From contig CM059432.1 of NCBI GenBank assembly GCA_030390025.1, positions 18,788,001 through 18,852,000 on the forward strand: 64,000 bases of DNA, given 5' to 3'. The stretch's first letter is position 1; each line of letters begins with the position of its first letter. Source of the DNA: Squalus acanthias (taxonomy: Eukaryota). The notes beneath the pieces are model-generated. The model searched no databases. It had not been told where the DNA came from and was given only the letters and a program-made list of their open reading frames with translations. The position numbers and the translations under genes were made by a program. Positions 39,608 through 52,364 of the stretch are shown here, one piece after another.

Positions 39608-40264
39608 TATGGGCCAAATAGTCTCTTTCTACAGTTGAAAACTATAGCGGTTGCAGGTTTGCCATGTACTAGTCTTCTTCATGCGTCTTCTCCAATGAGC
39701 AGATCAGCTGTTTTCTCCAGTGTTAAATCACCCGAGGAATTTTACCTGTTGATCACTTCTTGCTTGAAGCAGTCATGAGGGAGCCTTATTGGTATCATTA
39801 GGTGTGTTTGATTATTGGATTAAGACTGCCAAACTCAAGTCTTGCAGTCAACCCTTACAGAGAGAAGACAGTCAGAGCTGGGTTGGACCCAGGCCACAGA
39901 AATGAAAGGTCAGTGTCCAGCTACCCAATTCCCCCTTTAATGTTCTTTTCTGTTGTAGTGTCAGATAGAACATGCTCATTTATGGCATTATTATGCTTCC
40001 AGGGCTGCAGTTATGGGCAGTATGATGTCATTGAACATTGATTCATCATTGTTAAAAATTAACGGGGAACTGTCCAATTTTGGGCTCCCAGTAGGGAATC
40101 TCGCATGACAGAAATGCATAGCAAAAATTTGGCCACATTTTACACGATTTTCCCACTGGGATCGTGAATTTAGAAAATGACATTATAGAGTATTTATAAC
40201 CTCTAATTAATTTTTTATCTGCTATTAGGACATTACGATAAACCATTAATCTCCTGGAAAAGAC

Positions 40265-41185
40265 ATCATAGAATCATAGAAAGTTACAGCATGGAAGGAG
40301 GCCATTTCGGCCCATCGTGTCCGCGCCGGCCAACAAAGAGCTATCCAGCCTAATTCCAATTCCCAGCTCTTGGTCCGTAGCCCTGCAGGTTAGAGCATCC
40401 CAAGTGCACATCCAAGTACTTTTAAAATGTGGTTAGGGTTCCTGCCTCTACCACCCTTTCAGGCAGTGAGTTCCTGACCCCCACAACCCTCTGGGTGAAG
40501 AAATTTCCCCTCAAATCCCTTCTAAACCTTCCACCAATTATTTTAAATTTGTGCCCCCTGGTTTTTGACCCCTCTGCTAAGGGAAATATGTCTTTTCTAT
40601 CCACTTTATCTATGCCGCTCATAATTTTATACACCTCAATAAGGTCTCCCCTCAGCCTCCTCTGTTCCAAGGAAAACAGACCCAGCCTATACAATCTTTC
40701 CTGATAGCTAAGATTCTCTACTCCTGGCAACATCCTTGTAAATCTCCTCTGTACCCTCTCTAGTGCAATCACATCTTTCCTGTAATGTGGTGACCAGAAC
40801 TGCATGCAGTACTCCAGCTGAGGCCTAACTAGTGTTTTATACAATTGAAGCATAACCCCCCTGCTCTTGTATTCTATTGAGAGGTCGCACAACACCAGGT
40901 TATAGTCCAACAGTTTTATTTGAAATCACTTGTATTCTATGCCATGGCTAATAAAGGCAAGCATTCCGTATGCTTTCTTAACCACCTTATCTACCTGGCT
41001 TGCTACCGTCAGGGATCTGTGGACATGCACTCCAAGGTCCCTTTGTTCCTCTACGCTACTCAGTGTCCTACCATTTAATGTGTATTCCCTTTCCTTGTTA
41101 GCCCTCCCCAAATGCATTACATCACACTTCTCCGGATTGAATTCCATTTACCACTGTTCTGCCCACCTGACCAATTTATTGATTC
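40265..41185 (-). mobile_element. CR1 LINE 3' fragment with a 51-bp PLE insertion
   Basis: ORFs 40422..40910 and 40926..41147; CATAGAAT tail repeats at 40265. Confidence 0.92.
40878..40928 (-). mobile_element. 51-bp Penelope-like pLTR fragment (family A)
   Basis: 12-bp TSD CTTGTATTCTAT (40866-40877, 40929-40940); reverse complement reads TGATTTCAAATAAAACTGTTGGACTATAACCTGGTGTTGTGCGAC. Confidence 0.85.
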
Positions 41186-41186
41186 A

Positions 41187-41583
41187 ACATACATAAGAAA
41201 TAGGAGCAGGAGTAGGCCATTCGGCCCCTCGAGCCTGCTCCGCCATTGAATAAGATCATGGCTGATCTTCTACCTCATCTCCACTTTCCTGAACTATCCC
41301 CATATCCCTTGATTCCCTTTATATCCAAAAATCTATTGATCTCTGTCTTGAATATACTCAACGACTGAGCCTCTGGGGTAGAGAATTCCAAAGATTCATC
41401 ACCCTCTGAGTGAAGAAATTTCTTCCCATCTCAGTCCTAAATGGCCGACCACTTATTCTGAGACTGTGACCCCTGGTTCTAGACTACCCAGCCAGGGGAA
41501 ACATCCTCCCAGCATCTACCCTGTCGAGCCCTGTAAGAATTTTGTATGTTTCAATGAGATCACCTCTCATTCTTTTAAACTCT
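41187..41583 (-). mobile_element. CR1 LINE 3' fragment
   Basis: EFKRMRGDLIETYKILTGLDRVDAGRMFP plus 3' UTR. Confidence 0.92.
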
Positions 41584-42037
41584 TCCAAACATATTTTTGA
41601 AAACAACCTAAATGAGTTTTGAAAATTAAACAGTCCATTAGGCAAAAAGTATGGCCAATGACAATGAGGAACTGTGCACTTTATTTTAAGGCAGGCAAAC
41701 CAAATGAACGCATTCTGGCCTTGTAACTTGGATCTGTTCACTTGTCATTTCCTTGGTGCTGGGATAAGTATCAGCCTGGGTGCTTTAATTGAAAAAAGGC
41801 TGAGCAATCTTCGAGAGAGAATAAGTTACAGATCTCAAAGAACTCCAAAACAGTCTTAGGTTTGTTTCAAGAGACCTTGACAATGGGAAAACAAGATAAG
41901 ATGCAGGTGGGGTTATTGGGCCAAACTTATTTTATTCATTTCACAACCATAGCCAAATGGATAGCACCCTCGTCTCTGAGTCAGAAGGTTGTGGGTTCAA
42001 GTCCCACACCAGAGACTTGAGCACAAAAATCTAGGCT

Positions 42038-43094
42038 TAGTGGCAGAAGGCAGAGGGTGATGGTCGAAGGTTGTTTTTGTGACTGAAAGCCTGTGTCCAG
42101 TGGTGTACCGCAGGGATCGGTGCTGGGTTCATTGCTGTTTGTAGTGTACATTAATGATTTAGATATGTATGTAGGAGGTACGATCAGTAAGTTCGCAGAT
42201 GACACGAAAATTGGTGGAGTGATAAATAGTGAGGAGGGAAGTCTCAGGCTACAGGTCGATATAGATGGGTTGGTCAGATGGGCAGAACAGTGGCAAGTGG
42301 AATTTAACCTTGAAAAGTGTGAGGTGATGCATTTTGGGAGGACTAACAAGGCAAGGGAATACACAATGAATGGTAGGACCCTAGGAAGGACAGAGGATCA
42401 GAGGGACCTTGGTGTGCATGTACATAGATCCCTGAAGGCAGCAGGACAGGTAGATAAGGTGGTTAAGAAGGCATATGGGATACTTGCCTTCATTAGCCGA
42501 GGCATAGAATATAAGTGCAGGGAGGTTATGATGGAGCTGTACAAAATGCTAGTTAGGCCACAGCTGGAATACTGTGTGCAGTTCTGGTCGCCACACTATA
42601 GGAAGGATGTGATTGCATTGGAGGGGGTGCAGAGGAGATTCACCAGGATGTTATCTGGGCTGGTGCGTTTCAGCTATGAAGAGAGACTGGACAGGCTGGG
42701 GTTGTTTTCCTTAGAGCAGAGAAGGCTGAGGGGGTACCTGATTGAGGTGTACAAAATTATGAGGGGCATAGATAGAAAGGAACTTTTCCCCTTAGTAGAG
42801 GGGCCAATAACCAGGGGGCATAGTTTCAAGGTAAGGGGCAGGAGGTTTAGAGGGGATTTGAGGAAAAACTTTTTCACCCAGAGGGTGGTTGGAATCTGGA
42901 ACTCACTGCCTGAAAGGGTGGCAGAGGCAGGAACCCTCACAACATTCAAGAAGCATTTAGATGAGCACTTGAAACGCCATAGCATACAAGGCTACGGACC
43001 AAGTGCTGGAAATTGGGATTAGAATAGACAGGGCTTGATGGCCGGCGCAGACACGATGGGCCGAAGGGCCTCTTTCTGTGCTGTAAAACTCTCT
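42038..43094 (+). mobile_element. 5'-truncated CR1 LINE (ORF 42093..43022, RT C-terminal half)
   Basis: GVPQGSVLG, FADDTKIG, LVRPQLEYC. Confidence 0.95.
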
Positions 43095-43705
43095 GGGCTT
43101 GATTTTCATTGACCTGTGGAGGTAGGTTTGGAGGCGTGTGGGGGGTTAAAATTGAGAAAACTGGCGGGTCTGCTGGTCCCACCTCCGCCCCGCCTCTAAG
43201 AGGCGGGATAGGCTGTTAAGGCCCTTAACAAACAATAAATTGCCTCTATAATACCATTTTGAAAGGCCTTTGTGATTTTAACCCTTTTTCTACGTGAAGC
43301 ACGCCTGTTGTGAACCACGAATGTGAAACCTGGCGGGAGCACATTTGGCTGGCTGGCTGGCTGGCTGTGGTGGAGGAGGAGACATATCTGGGAGTGGTGG
43401 AGGAGACATATCTGGGAGTGGTGGTGGAGAAATATCTGGGAGCAGACTTAGGGCTGCTGCTGCTCATTTTACATCCAGGTCCTCTCACAACAAAGGCCAG
43501 GCAGTCTTTGCACACCTTCAATGCAGCAGCAATGATGACATCATCAGAGGTGACTTTCAGACTGAAAACACTAATTGGGTCATGGGTTCCCACATGCTGG
43601 AACTCAATTGCCCAATTAGGTGAAAATCGCATCAATCTCCCACATCCAATTGCAGTCGGGTGGATAACACGAAAAGTGGATGATACGACCCCAACCCGCC
43701 CCAGT
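43095..43705. mobile_element. MITE of the 38838 family, one TIR missing, with an internal 24-bp x3 repeat (about 43375-43442)
   Basis: Starts GGGCTTGATTTT; similar to the reverse complement of 38838-39607; repeat unit GGAGGAGACATATCTGGGAGTGGT. Confidence 0.8.
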
Positions 43706-43997
43706 ATCTAGGCTGACACTCCCAGTGCAGTATCGAGGGAGTGCTGCACTGTTGGAGGTGCCTTCTTTTGGATGAGACGTTAAACCAAGGCCTCGTCTAC
43801 TCTCTCAGGTGGACGTAAAAATCCCATGGCACTATTTTGAAGAAGAGCAGGGGGAGTTATCCCGGGTGTCCTGGACAATATCTATCCCTCAATCAACATA
43901 ACAAAAACAGATTATCTGGTCATTATCACAAGGCTGTTTGTGGGAGCTTGCTGAGTGCAAATTGGCTGCCGCGTTTCCTACATTACAACAGTGACTT

Positions 43998-44402
43998 CTA
44001 TTACATCTTTTATAATGGACTCTAGCATTTTCCCCACTACCGGTTTCTCTCTACCACCTTTTTTAAATAGTGGGGTTACATTAGCTACCCTCCAATCCAT
44101 GGGAACTGTTCCAGAGTCTATAGAATTTTGGAAGATGACCAACAATGCATCTACTATTTCTAGGGCCACTTCCTTACGTAGCCTAGGATGTAGATTATCA
44201 GGCTCTGGGGATTTATCGGCCTTCAATCCCGTCAATTTCCCCAACACCATTTCCCTACAAATACTGATTTCATTCAGTTCCTCCCTCTCATTAGGCCCTA
44301 TGTTCCCCGACATCTCTGGGAGGTTATTTGTGTCCTCCTTTGTGAAGACAGAACCAAAGTATGTATTTAATTGGTCTGCCATTTCTTTGGTCCCCATTAT
44401 AA
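43998..44402 (-). mobile_element. CR1 ORF2 internal fragment
   Basis: ORF 43978..44397 is homologous to the mid-region of the 875-aa ORF. Confidence 0.92.
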
Positions 44403-44479
44403 ATGTTGTGTCCTTTTATAAAGGATGTGTCGGCTACATCAATGTCAGATGTCTAAATCATGCCTTTACTCTCCCACAG

Positions 44480-45060
44480 GACCATCGAGCGCCCCCCTCC
44501 CCACGATCCAGGATGAAGAGCCGGACATCTCCTCAGAGGAACCTGAAGCCTTTGAGGGAGCAGCGTCACCAGGACTCAGCGCACCCAGTAAAAAATGTCA
44601 TCTCTGGAGGAGCGATGGGCCGCTATTGAGCAGAGAGACCAGAGCTTCATGGACGTCCTTGTAATGAGGACTGCCAGTGCAGATACGGGTCCTCATGGGC
44701 CCCCTGAAGTGCAGCAAGGTGCTCTCCAGCCACTTGCCAGCACATGAGAGGGATGTTGTTGGCAGGACAAAAGGAAGTGTGGGCTCCTTTCAAAGTGCTC
44801 ACACAACCATGCCACTGCGGAGCCCTCGGTCAGAGACCTACTTTGCGGAGACAACTGAAATGGTCGTTTCAGCCCCTGCACAGCTGCAGGAAGAGCAGAC
44901 TGTTGAAGAGCCCTCCCAGGCTCCCAAACTCAGAGGACGCCCGCCAAAGGCATCTAAACAGGTGCAGCATCCTAGTCAGCAAGTTGCCTCTACATCTGCT
45001 GAAACCACAGGGGAAGCACCACGTAGAAGCACACGTAAGAGAAAGATTAAGCACCTATAG
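44480..45060 (+). pseudogene. Probable last exon of a Harbinger Myb-like gene
   Basis: Acceptor CTCCCACAG; acidic/Pro-rich frames; C-terminus STSAETTGEAPRRSTRKRK resembles STSPAAAIGPTLCRSTR at about 13270-13320. Confidence 0.5.
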
Positions 45061-45774
45061 TTACAAGGGAGTCACTTGGGTGATTTATCTTTTTTTTCTG
45101 ACTGTTGCTGGTTTATTATCCTTTTGTGATGTTTAAAAGAAAAATTATGTCAGACAGTTGATTTTGTGGCCTATGAGTTATGGGAAATGGCAAAAGCGCA
45201 TTGAGGGCTCAGGTAGATTTGCTTTTGTAATGCTGAAGGTAAAAGTGATAGGAAATAACAGGGTATAGCAGAGATGATGTATGACGTTGGACAAGTGTCG
45301 CCTGCAATTAAAAAGCCATATGGTAGCCACCTATGGTTGAACAATAAGTTATGCTAATGTGGCATGGCAGTGTGCTTACCCTGCTTGACAGGCAGCAGTG
45401 AACTGGAGGGATGCTGCATTGGTCAAAACAGGGCATGCAAGGCTCCCCTCATCCTCCTCCTACTCCTCTTCCCAGGAAGATCTGTGCTAAGCCACGCGGC
45501 TGCTACTCCTCCAATTATGAGGACCAGGTGAGAGGACATAAATGTTTCCCATCCCCTTGCTATAGATTTCATTTGAGGCAACAAGCTTGCAAGCGCACAG
45601 TCGAAGTGGCCTGAATTTATTCTATTCATGACACACTGCAGATGGGTGTCAGCTTGAACAGTCACAAGGTAAATAGATGTGTAAATTCTTATCCCATACC
45701 TACAAACGCAAATTTGTTGCATTTGAATGTCAGCCATGTTTCAGGGACGCTTTTAAAGCGCTCCACCAATGCAT

Positions 45775-48700
45775 ACATAGAAACATAGAAACATAGAAAA
45801 TAGGTGCAGGAGTAGACCATTCGGTCCTTCGAGCCTGCACCGCCATTCAATGCGTTCATGGCTGAACATGCTACCTCAGTACCCCATTCCTGCTTTCTCG
45901 CCATACCCCTTGATCCCCCTAGTTGTGAGTATTATATCTAACTCCCTTTTGAATATATTTAGCGAACTGGCCTCAACAACCTTCTGTGGTAGAGAATTCC
46001 ACAGATTCACCACTCTCTGGGTGAAGAAGTTCCTCCTCATCTCAGTCTTAAATGGCTTCCCCTTTATCCTTAGACTGTGACCCCTGGTTTTAGTTTTCCC
46101 TAACATTGGAAACATTCTGCCCGCATCTAATTTGTCTAAACCAGTCAGGATTTTAAACGTCTCTATAAGATCCCCCCTCATTCTTCTGAACTCCAGAGGA
46201 TACAAGTTCAGTTGATCCAGTCTTTCTTGTCAGTCTGGCCATCCCAGGAATCAATCTAGTGAACCTTCGTTGCACTCCCTCAATAGCAAGAATGTCCTTC
46301 CTCAAGTTAGGAGACCAAAACTGCACACAATACTCCAGGTGTGGCCTCACCAAGGCCCTGTACAACTGTAGCATCACCTCCCTACTCCTGTACTCAAATC
46401 CCCTTGCTATGAAGGCCATCATGCCATTTGCTTTCTTGACTGCCTGCTGCACTTGCCTTCCCACCTTCAGTGACTGATGTACCATGACGCCCAGGTCTCG
46501 TTGCACCTCCCCTTTCCCTAATCTGCCACCATTCAGGTAATAGTCTGCCTCCCTATTTTTACCACCAAAGTGGATAACCTCACATTTATCCACATTGTAC
46601 TTCATCTGCCATACATTTGCCCATTCACCCAATCTGTCCAAGTCACTCTGTAGCTTCCTAGCATCCTCCTCATTGTTCACACTGCCTCCCAATTTAGTGT
46701 CATCCGCAAATTTGGATATATTACAATTAATCCCTTCGTCCGAATCATTAATATATAATGTAAACAGCTGGGGCCCCAGCACCGAACCCTGCGGTACCCC
46801 GCTGGTCACTGCCTGCCATTCTGAAAAGTACCCATTTACTCCTACTCTTTGTTTCCTGTGTGCCAACCAGTTCTCAATCCACGTCAACACATTACCCCCA
46901 ATCCCATGTGTTTTAACTTTGCACACCAATCTCTTGTGTGGGACCTTGTCGAAGGCCTTCTGAAAGTCCAAATACACCACATCTACTGGTTCCCCCCCGT
47001 CCACCCTATTGGAAACATCCTCAAAAAATTCCAGAAGATTTGTCAAGCATGATTTCCCTATCACAAATCCATGCTGACTTGGACCTATCATGTCGCCACT
47101 TTCCAAATGGTCTGTTATGACATCTTTAATAATTGATTCCATCATTTTACCCAACACCGATGTCAGGCTGACCGGTCTATAATTCCCTGCTTTCTCCCTC
47201 CCTCCTTTTTTAAAAAGAGGGGTTACATTAGCCACCCTCCACTCCTTCGGAACTGATCCAGAGTCTAAGGAATGTTGGAAAATGATCGTCAATGCATCCA
47301 CTATTTCCAAGGCCACCTCCTTAAGTACTCTGGGATGCAGACCATCAGGCCCTGGGGATTTATCAGCCTTCAGTCCCATCAATTTCCGCAACACCTTTTC
47401 CCGACTGATAAGGATTTCCCTCAGCTCCTCCCTCTTACCAGATCCTTTGATCTCTTTTATTTCCGGAAGGTTGTTTGTGTCCTCCACAGTAAACACCGAA
47501 CCAAAGTACTTGTTCAATTGATCTGCCATTTCTTTGTTCCCCATTATGACTTCCCCTGTTTCTGACTGCAGGGGACCTACGTTTGTTTTTACTAACCTCT
47601 TTCTTTTTACATATTTATAGAAGCTTTTGCAGTCCGTTTTAATGTTCTCCGCAAGCTTCCTTTCATATTTTATTTTCCCTGCCCAAATCAAACCCTTCGT
47701 CCTCCTCTGCTGAGTTTTAAAGTTCTCCCAGTCCCCGGGTTTGCTGCTACTTCTGGCCAATTTGTATGCCACTTCCTTGCTTTTAATACTATCCCTGATT
47801 TCCCTTGTTAGCCATGGTTGAGCCACCTTCCCTTTTTTATTTTTACGCCAGACAGGGATGTACAATTGCTGTAGTTCATCCATGCGATCTCTAAATGTCT
47901 GCCATTGCCCTTCCACTGATAACTCCTTAAATATCGCTTGCCAATCTAACCTCGCCAATTCACACCTCATACCCTCAAAGTTGCCCTTATTTAAGTTCTG
48001 GACCATGGTCTCTGAATTAACTGTTTCCTTCTCCATCCTAATGTAGAACTCCACCATACTATGGTCACTCTTCCCCAAGGGGCCTCGCACCACAAGATTG
48101 CTGATTAGTCCTTCCTCATTACACAACACCCAGTCCAGGATGGCCTCCCCTCTAGTTGGTTCCTCAACATATTGGTTTAGGAAACCATCCCTTAAATACT
48201 CCAGGAAATCCTCCTCCACCGTATTGCTTCCAGTTTGAGTAGCCCAATCTATATGCATATTAAAGTCACCCATGATAACTGCTGCGCCTTTTTTGCATGC
48301 ACCTCTGATTTCCTGTTTCATACCCTCCCCCACCTCACTACTACTGTTTGGAGGTCTGTACACAACCCCCACTAACGTTTTCTGCCCTTTGGTGTTCTGC
48401 AGCTCAACCCATATTGATTCCACATCCTCCAAGCTAATGTCCTTCCTAGCTATTGCATTAATCTCCTTTTTAACCAGCAATGCTACCCCACACCCTTTTC
48501 CTTTTATTCTATCCTTCCTGAATGTTGAATACCCCTGGATATTCAGTTCCCAGCCTTGATTGTTCTGGAGCCACGTCTCTGTAATCCCAATCACATCATA
48601 TCCGTTAACATCAATTTGCACAGTCAATTCATCCACCTTATTACGGATGCTCCTTGCATTAAGACACAGAGCCTTTAGGCTTGTTTTATTAACACCCTTT

Positions 48701-48780
48701 GTCCTTTTAGACTTATGATTTAGTATGGCCCTTTGTGTTTCTTGCCTTTGTTTACTCGGATTTCCCTTATTGTTTCTCAC
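45775..48780 (-). mobile_element. CR1 LINE with nearly complete ORF2
   Basis: 875-aa ORF plus frameshifted C-terminus 45876..46205; (CATAGAAA)n tail. Confidence 0.97.
45876..48780 (-). pseudogene. CR1 ORF2: APE endonuclease plus reverse transcriptase, one frameshift near 46228
   Basis: APE motifs LNARSI, ITETWL, VYRPP, GDFN, SDH; RT motifs YLDFQKAFDKV, GVPQGSVLGP, FADDTKL. Confidence 0.95.
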
Positions 48781-48827
48781 CCTTCTAACAAATCATGTCC
48801 TCCAGCAACTCATATCCTTGAACCTAG

Positions 48828-48909
48828 CCTGTTTCTGACAAGTCAGGAAACAGGAGCCAGAAGCACGAAAATGGGAAACCACTATGAAAATAGGATTAGC
48901 AAGGCAGTT
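48828..48909 (+). repeat. 82-bp direct repeat, copy 1 (putative long TSD)
   Basis: 79/82 identical to 51047-51128 by manual comparison. Confidence 0.92.
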
Positions 48910-51046
48910 CTTCTTCTTAGGCAGTCCCTTGGAACCGAGGATGACTTGCTTCCACATTAAAAATGAGTTCGTAGATGACTGATGAGTCCAATGCGGGAAC
49001 TACAGTCTCTGTCACAGGTGGGGCAGACGGTGGTTGAAGGAGCAGGTGGGTGGGGTGCTTGGGTTGACGTGCGCTCCTTGCGCTGCCTGCGCTTGGATTC
49101 CGCTTGCTCCCGGCGAAGAAACTCGAGGTGTTCGGCGCCGTCCCGGATGCTTCTCCTCCACTTTGTGCGGTCTTGGGCCAGGGATTCCCAGGTGTCGGTG
49201 GGGATGTTACACTTTTTCAAGGAGGCTTTGAGGGTGTCCTTGAAGCGTTTCCTCTGCCCACCTGGGGCTCTCTTGCCGTGCCGGAGCTCCGAGTAGAGCG
49301 CTTGTTTTAGGAGGATGGTGACAAACTTTTGAGGGCAGCACTCCATAATCCCTCACGGTTGACAGTGTCGAAGGCCTTTGTGAGATCAAAGAAGGCCATG
49401 TACAGCGGTTGGTGCTGTTCCCTGCATTTCTCTTGTAATTGATGTGCGGTGAAGATTATGTCCATTGTGTCCCTTAGTGGGCGGAATCTACATTGCGACT
49501 TGGGAGGAGCTCTTCGGCCACTGGGAGAAGGCGATTGAGGAGGATTCTTGCGATGACTTTACCTGTGGCAGACAGCAGGTAAACTCCTCTGTAATTACCG
49601 CAATCGGACTTGTCACCTTTCTTGAAGATGTTCACAATTACGGCATCTCTGAGATCCCCTGGCATGCTCTCCTCCTTCCATATAAGAGAAATGAGTTCAT
49701 GACTTCGCGCCAGTAGTGCTTCTCCACCATGCTTTAGTGCCTCGGTTGGGATTCCATCTGCTCCTGAGGCCTTGTTGTTCTTCAGTTGTCGGATGGCCTT
49801 TTCAACCTCATGCCGGGCTGGGGTTGTGCTGAGATGGTGGCAGGTAGCATGCTGCGGGATGGAGTTGAGGACACTCGCGTCGAAGACAGAGTCGCGGTTA
49901 AGGAGATCTTCGAAGTGCTCCTTCCAGCGGGCACTGACTGCCTCTCTGTCCTTGATGAGTACCTCTCCGTTCTTGGCCCGCAGTGGGGTAGGGCCTTGGT
50001 GCCTGGGCTGTAGATGGTCTTGACTGCGGTGAAGAATCCACGCACGTCGTGGTTGTCGGCTAGCTGCTGGATCTCCTGCGCTTTCTCCACCCACCATCTG
50101 TTCTTATAGGTCGTGAGTTTTTTGTTGGACCTCGGCCTTCAGGCATCTGTAGAGCTGCTTTCTTGCACTCGAGTTCTGTTGCTGTTTCCAGATCAGGAAT
50201 GCCTTGCGCTTGCAGCTTATTAGCTCCTGGATCTCCTGGTCGTTCTCGTCGAACCAGTCTTGGTGTTTCCTGGTCGAGTGACCGAGCGTCTCTTCACAGG
50301 TGCTGATTATGGAGGCCTTGAGTGCAGACCAGGCGCTGTGGACACTCTGTGTCTCTGCATCACTGGGAGTTGTCAGGTTGGTTGTGAGGTGCAGGCTGAA
50401 TAGGGCTTTCTTAGTTGGGTCATTGAGTGCTCCAGCGTTAATTTTCCTGCGGCATTGTTTCTGTTGCCGCCGCTGTTTTGGGGCTACATTGATGGAGATG
50501 ACAGAGCGGATTAGGCGGTGGTCTGTCCAGTAGTCGTCAGCTCCTGTCATGGCGCGGGTGATGTGGACGTCCTTGCGGTCCCTCGCTCGGACGATGACGT
50601 AGTCCAGCAGATGCCAGTGCTTGGAGCGAGGGTGCTGCCATGAAGCCTTGTACTTGTCTCTCTGACGGAACAAGGGGTTGGTTATGACAAGGCCATGTTC
50701 TAAGCATTTCGACAGGAGGAGGGTACCGTTGGAGTTGGCTTTCCCTACCCCCTCTCTGCCGATCACACCTCCCCAGAGGTCAGTGTCCTTTCCAACTCTG
50801 GCGTTAAAGTCTCCAAGGAGGATTAGCTTGTCGCCCGTTGGGACTCGGGACAGGGATTGTTCGAGGCTGGACTAGAATTCCTCTTTGGTCTCGTCTGTGG
50901 CTTCCAGTGTTGGGGCGTACACACTGATGACCGTAGCGCACTGGTTCCGGGTTAGGATGAGCCGAAGAGTCATGAGGCGCTTGTTTATACCGCTAGGGGA
51001 GTCTCTGAGACACCCAACTAGTTCATTTTTTATGGCGAAGCCTACC
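48910..51046 (-). mobile_element. RTE-clade LINE, 5' truncated, with an internal RT deletion near 49312
   Basis: APE GVGFAIK, SVYAPT, LDYVIVR, TDHRL; RT start KASGADGIP, NYRG; C-terminus matches the 32754 copy; (GAA)n tail; flanked by an 82-bp direct repeat. Confidence 0.93.
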
Positions 51047-51128
51047 CCTGTTTCTGACAAGTCGGGAAACAGGAGCCAGAAGCACGAAAATAGGATACCA
51101 CTATGAAAATAGGATTAGCAAGGCAGTT
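51047..51128 (+). repeat. 82-bp direct repeat, copy 2 (putative long TSD)
   Basis: 79/82 identical to 48828-48909. Confidence 0.92.
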
Positions 51129-51843
51129 AACAGACTGTTAACTGCCTTAACTGCCTGTCCCACCGGTTGGAGATGGGTCAGTTTGGGAGCAGCTAAACAC
51201 TCACGAAAATCGGGTGGGGGCAGGATGGAGGCGGGTTGGATGTCTGAAGCCATTTTTTCTGATTTTCGCAACAGACCCGCCTCCAAAGGGCTATTAAAAT
51301 CGAGCCCTTCACTTCAAAAGTACTTCATTGGCTGTAAAGCGCTTTGAGACATCCGGTGGTCGTGAAAGGTGCTATATAAATGCAAGTGTTTCTTTCTTAA
51401 GAGATGTCTTCAGATTCATAAATCAATGGTACTTTGCGAGGAAAGAGTTGGATTCAATGCAGACCATTTATCATGGTTCAGGGAACTGGTGCACTTACCT
51501 TGGGAAATCCAAACACTTTTCTTTTGAAATGGTAGCTCAACTTCATAGCATAGCTAAATAAAAATAAATACAAAAATAATTTGAGCAGCAGGGACTTATA
51601 ATTATGATGCAATAGAATCCCATTGATGTAAACATTTTCTACGGTTACTTTATTCAGTCAAAAAAAACGATTTATGTCATTTTGAGTTGTTATATTTCCA
51701 TTAAGTTTTGCCTTAGCATCATTGACATCTCCCCCACCCTCACCTCAAAACTTTTACTCTCCTAATAATAGCCAGTGATCATTATATATTGTACTGCTTA
51801 CTGTGGTTAACATTAAAAATAACTTTGAATGGCCTTAGACTGC

Positions 51844-52364
51844 ATAGAATCAGAGAATGGTTACAGCACAGAAGGAGGCCTTTCAACCCATCGAGCCTGT
51901 GCCGGCTCTCTGCAAGAGCACTTCAGCTAGTCTCACTCCCCCGCCCTTTCCCCGTAGCCCTGCATTCTTTTTCCTTCAGGTACTTATCCCTTTTGAAAGC
52001 TACAATTGAATCTGACTCCACCACCCTTTCAGGCAGTGCATTCCAGATCCTAACCACTTGCTGGGTAAAAAAGTTTTTCCCCATGTCGCCTTTGGTTCTT
52101 TTGCCAATCACCTGAAATCTGTGTCCTCTGGTTCTCGACCCTTCCGCCAATGGGAACAGTTTCTCTCTATCTACTCTGTCTAGACCCCTCATGATTTTGA
52201 ACACCTCTATCAAATCTCCTCTCAACCGTCTGTGCTCTAAGGAGAACAACCCCAGGTTCTCCAGTCTATCCACGTAACTGAAGTCCCTAATCCCTGGAAC
52301 CATTCTCGTAAATCTTTTCTGCACCCTCTCTAAGGCATTCACATCCCTCCTAAAGTGCGGTGCA
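51844..52364 (-). mobile_element. CR1 LINE 3' fragment
   Basis: ORF 51923..52459 ALERVQKRFTRM...RRLRGDLIEVFKI. Confidence 0.92.

Larger units (their letters stand above)
41950..43997 (+). mobile_element. DeuSINE split (41950-42037 and 43706-43997) by a CR1 plus MITE block
   Basis: SINE head ends GCACAAAAATCTAGGCT and the body resumes ATCTAGGCTGACACTCCCAGTGCAG. Confidence 0.85.

Noticed and set aside
46259..48559. Multiple plus-strand ORFs overlapping the CR1
   Set aside because: Antisense shadows of CR1 ORF2
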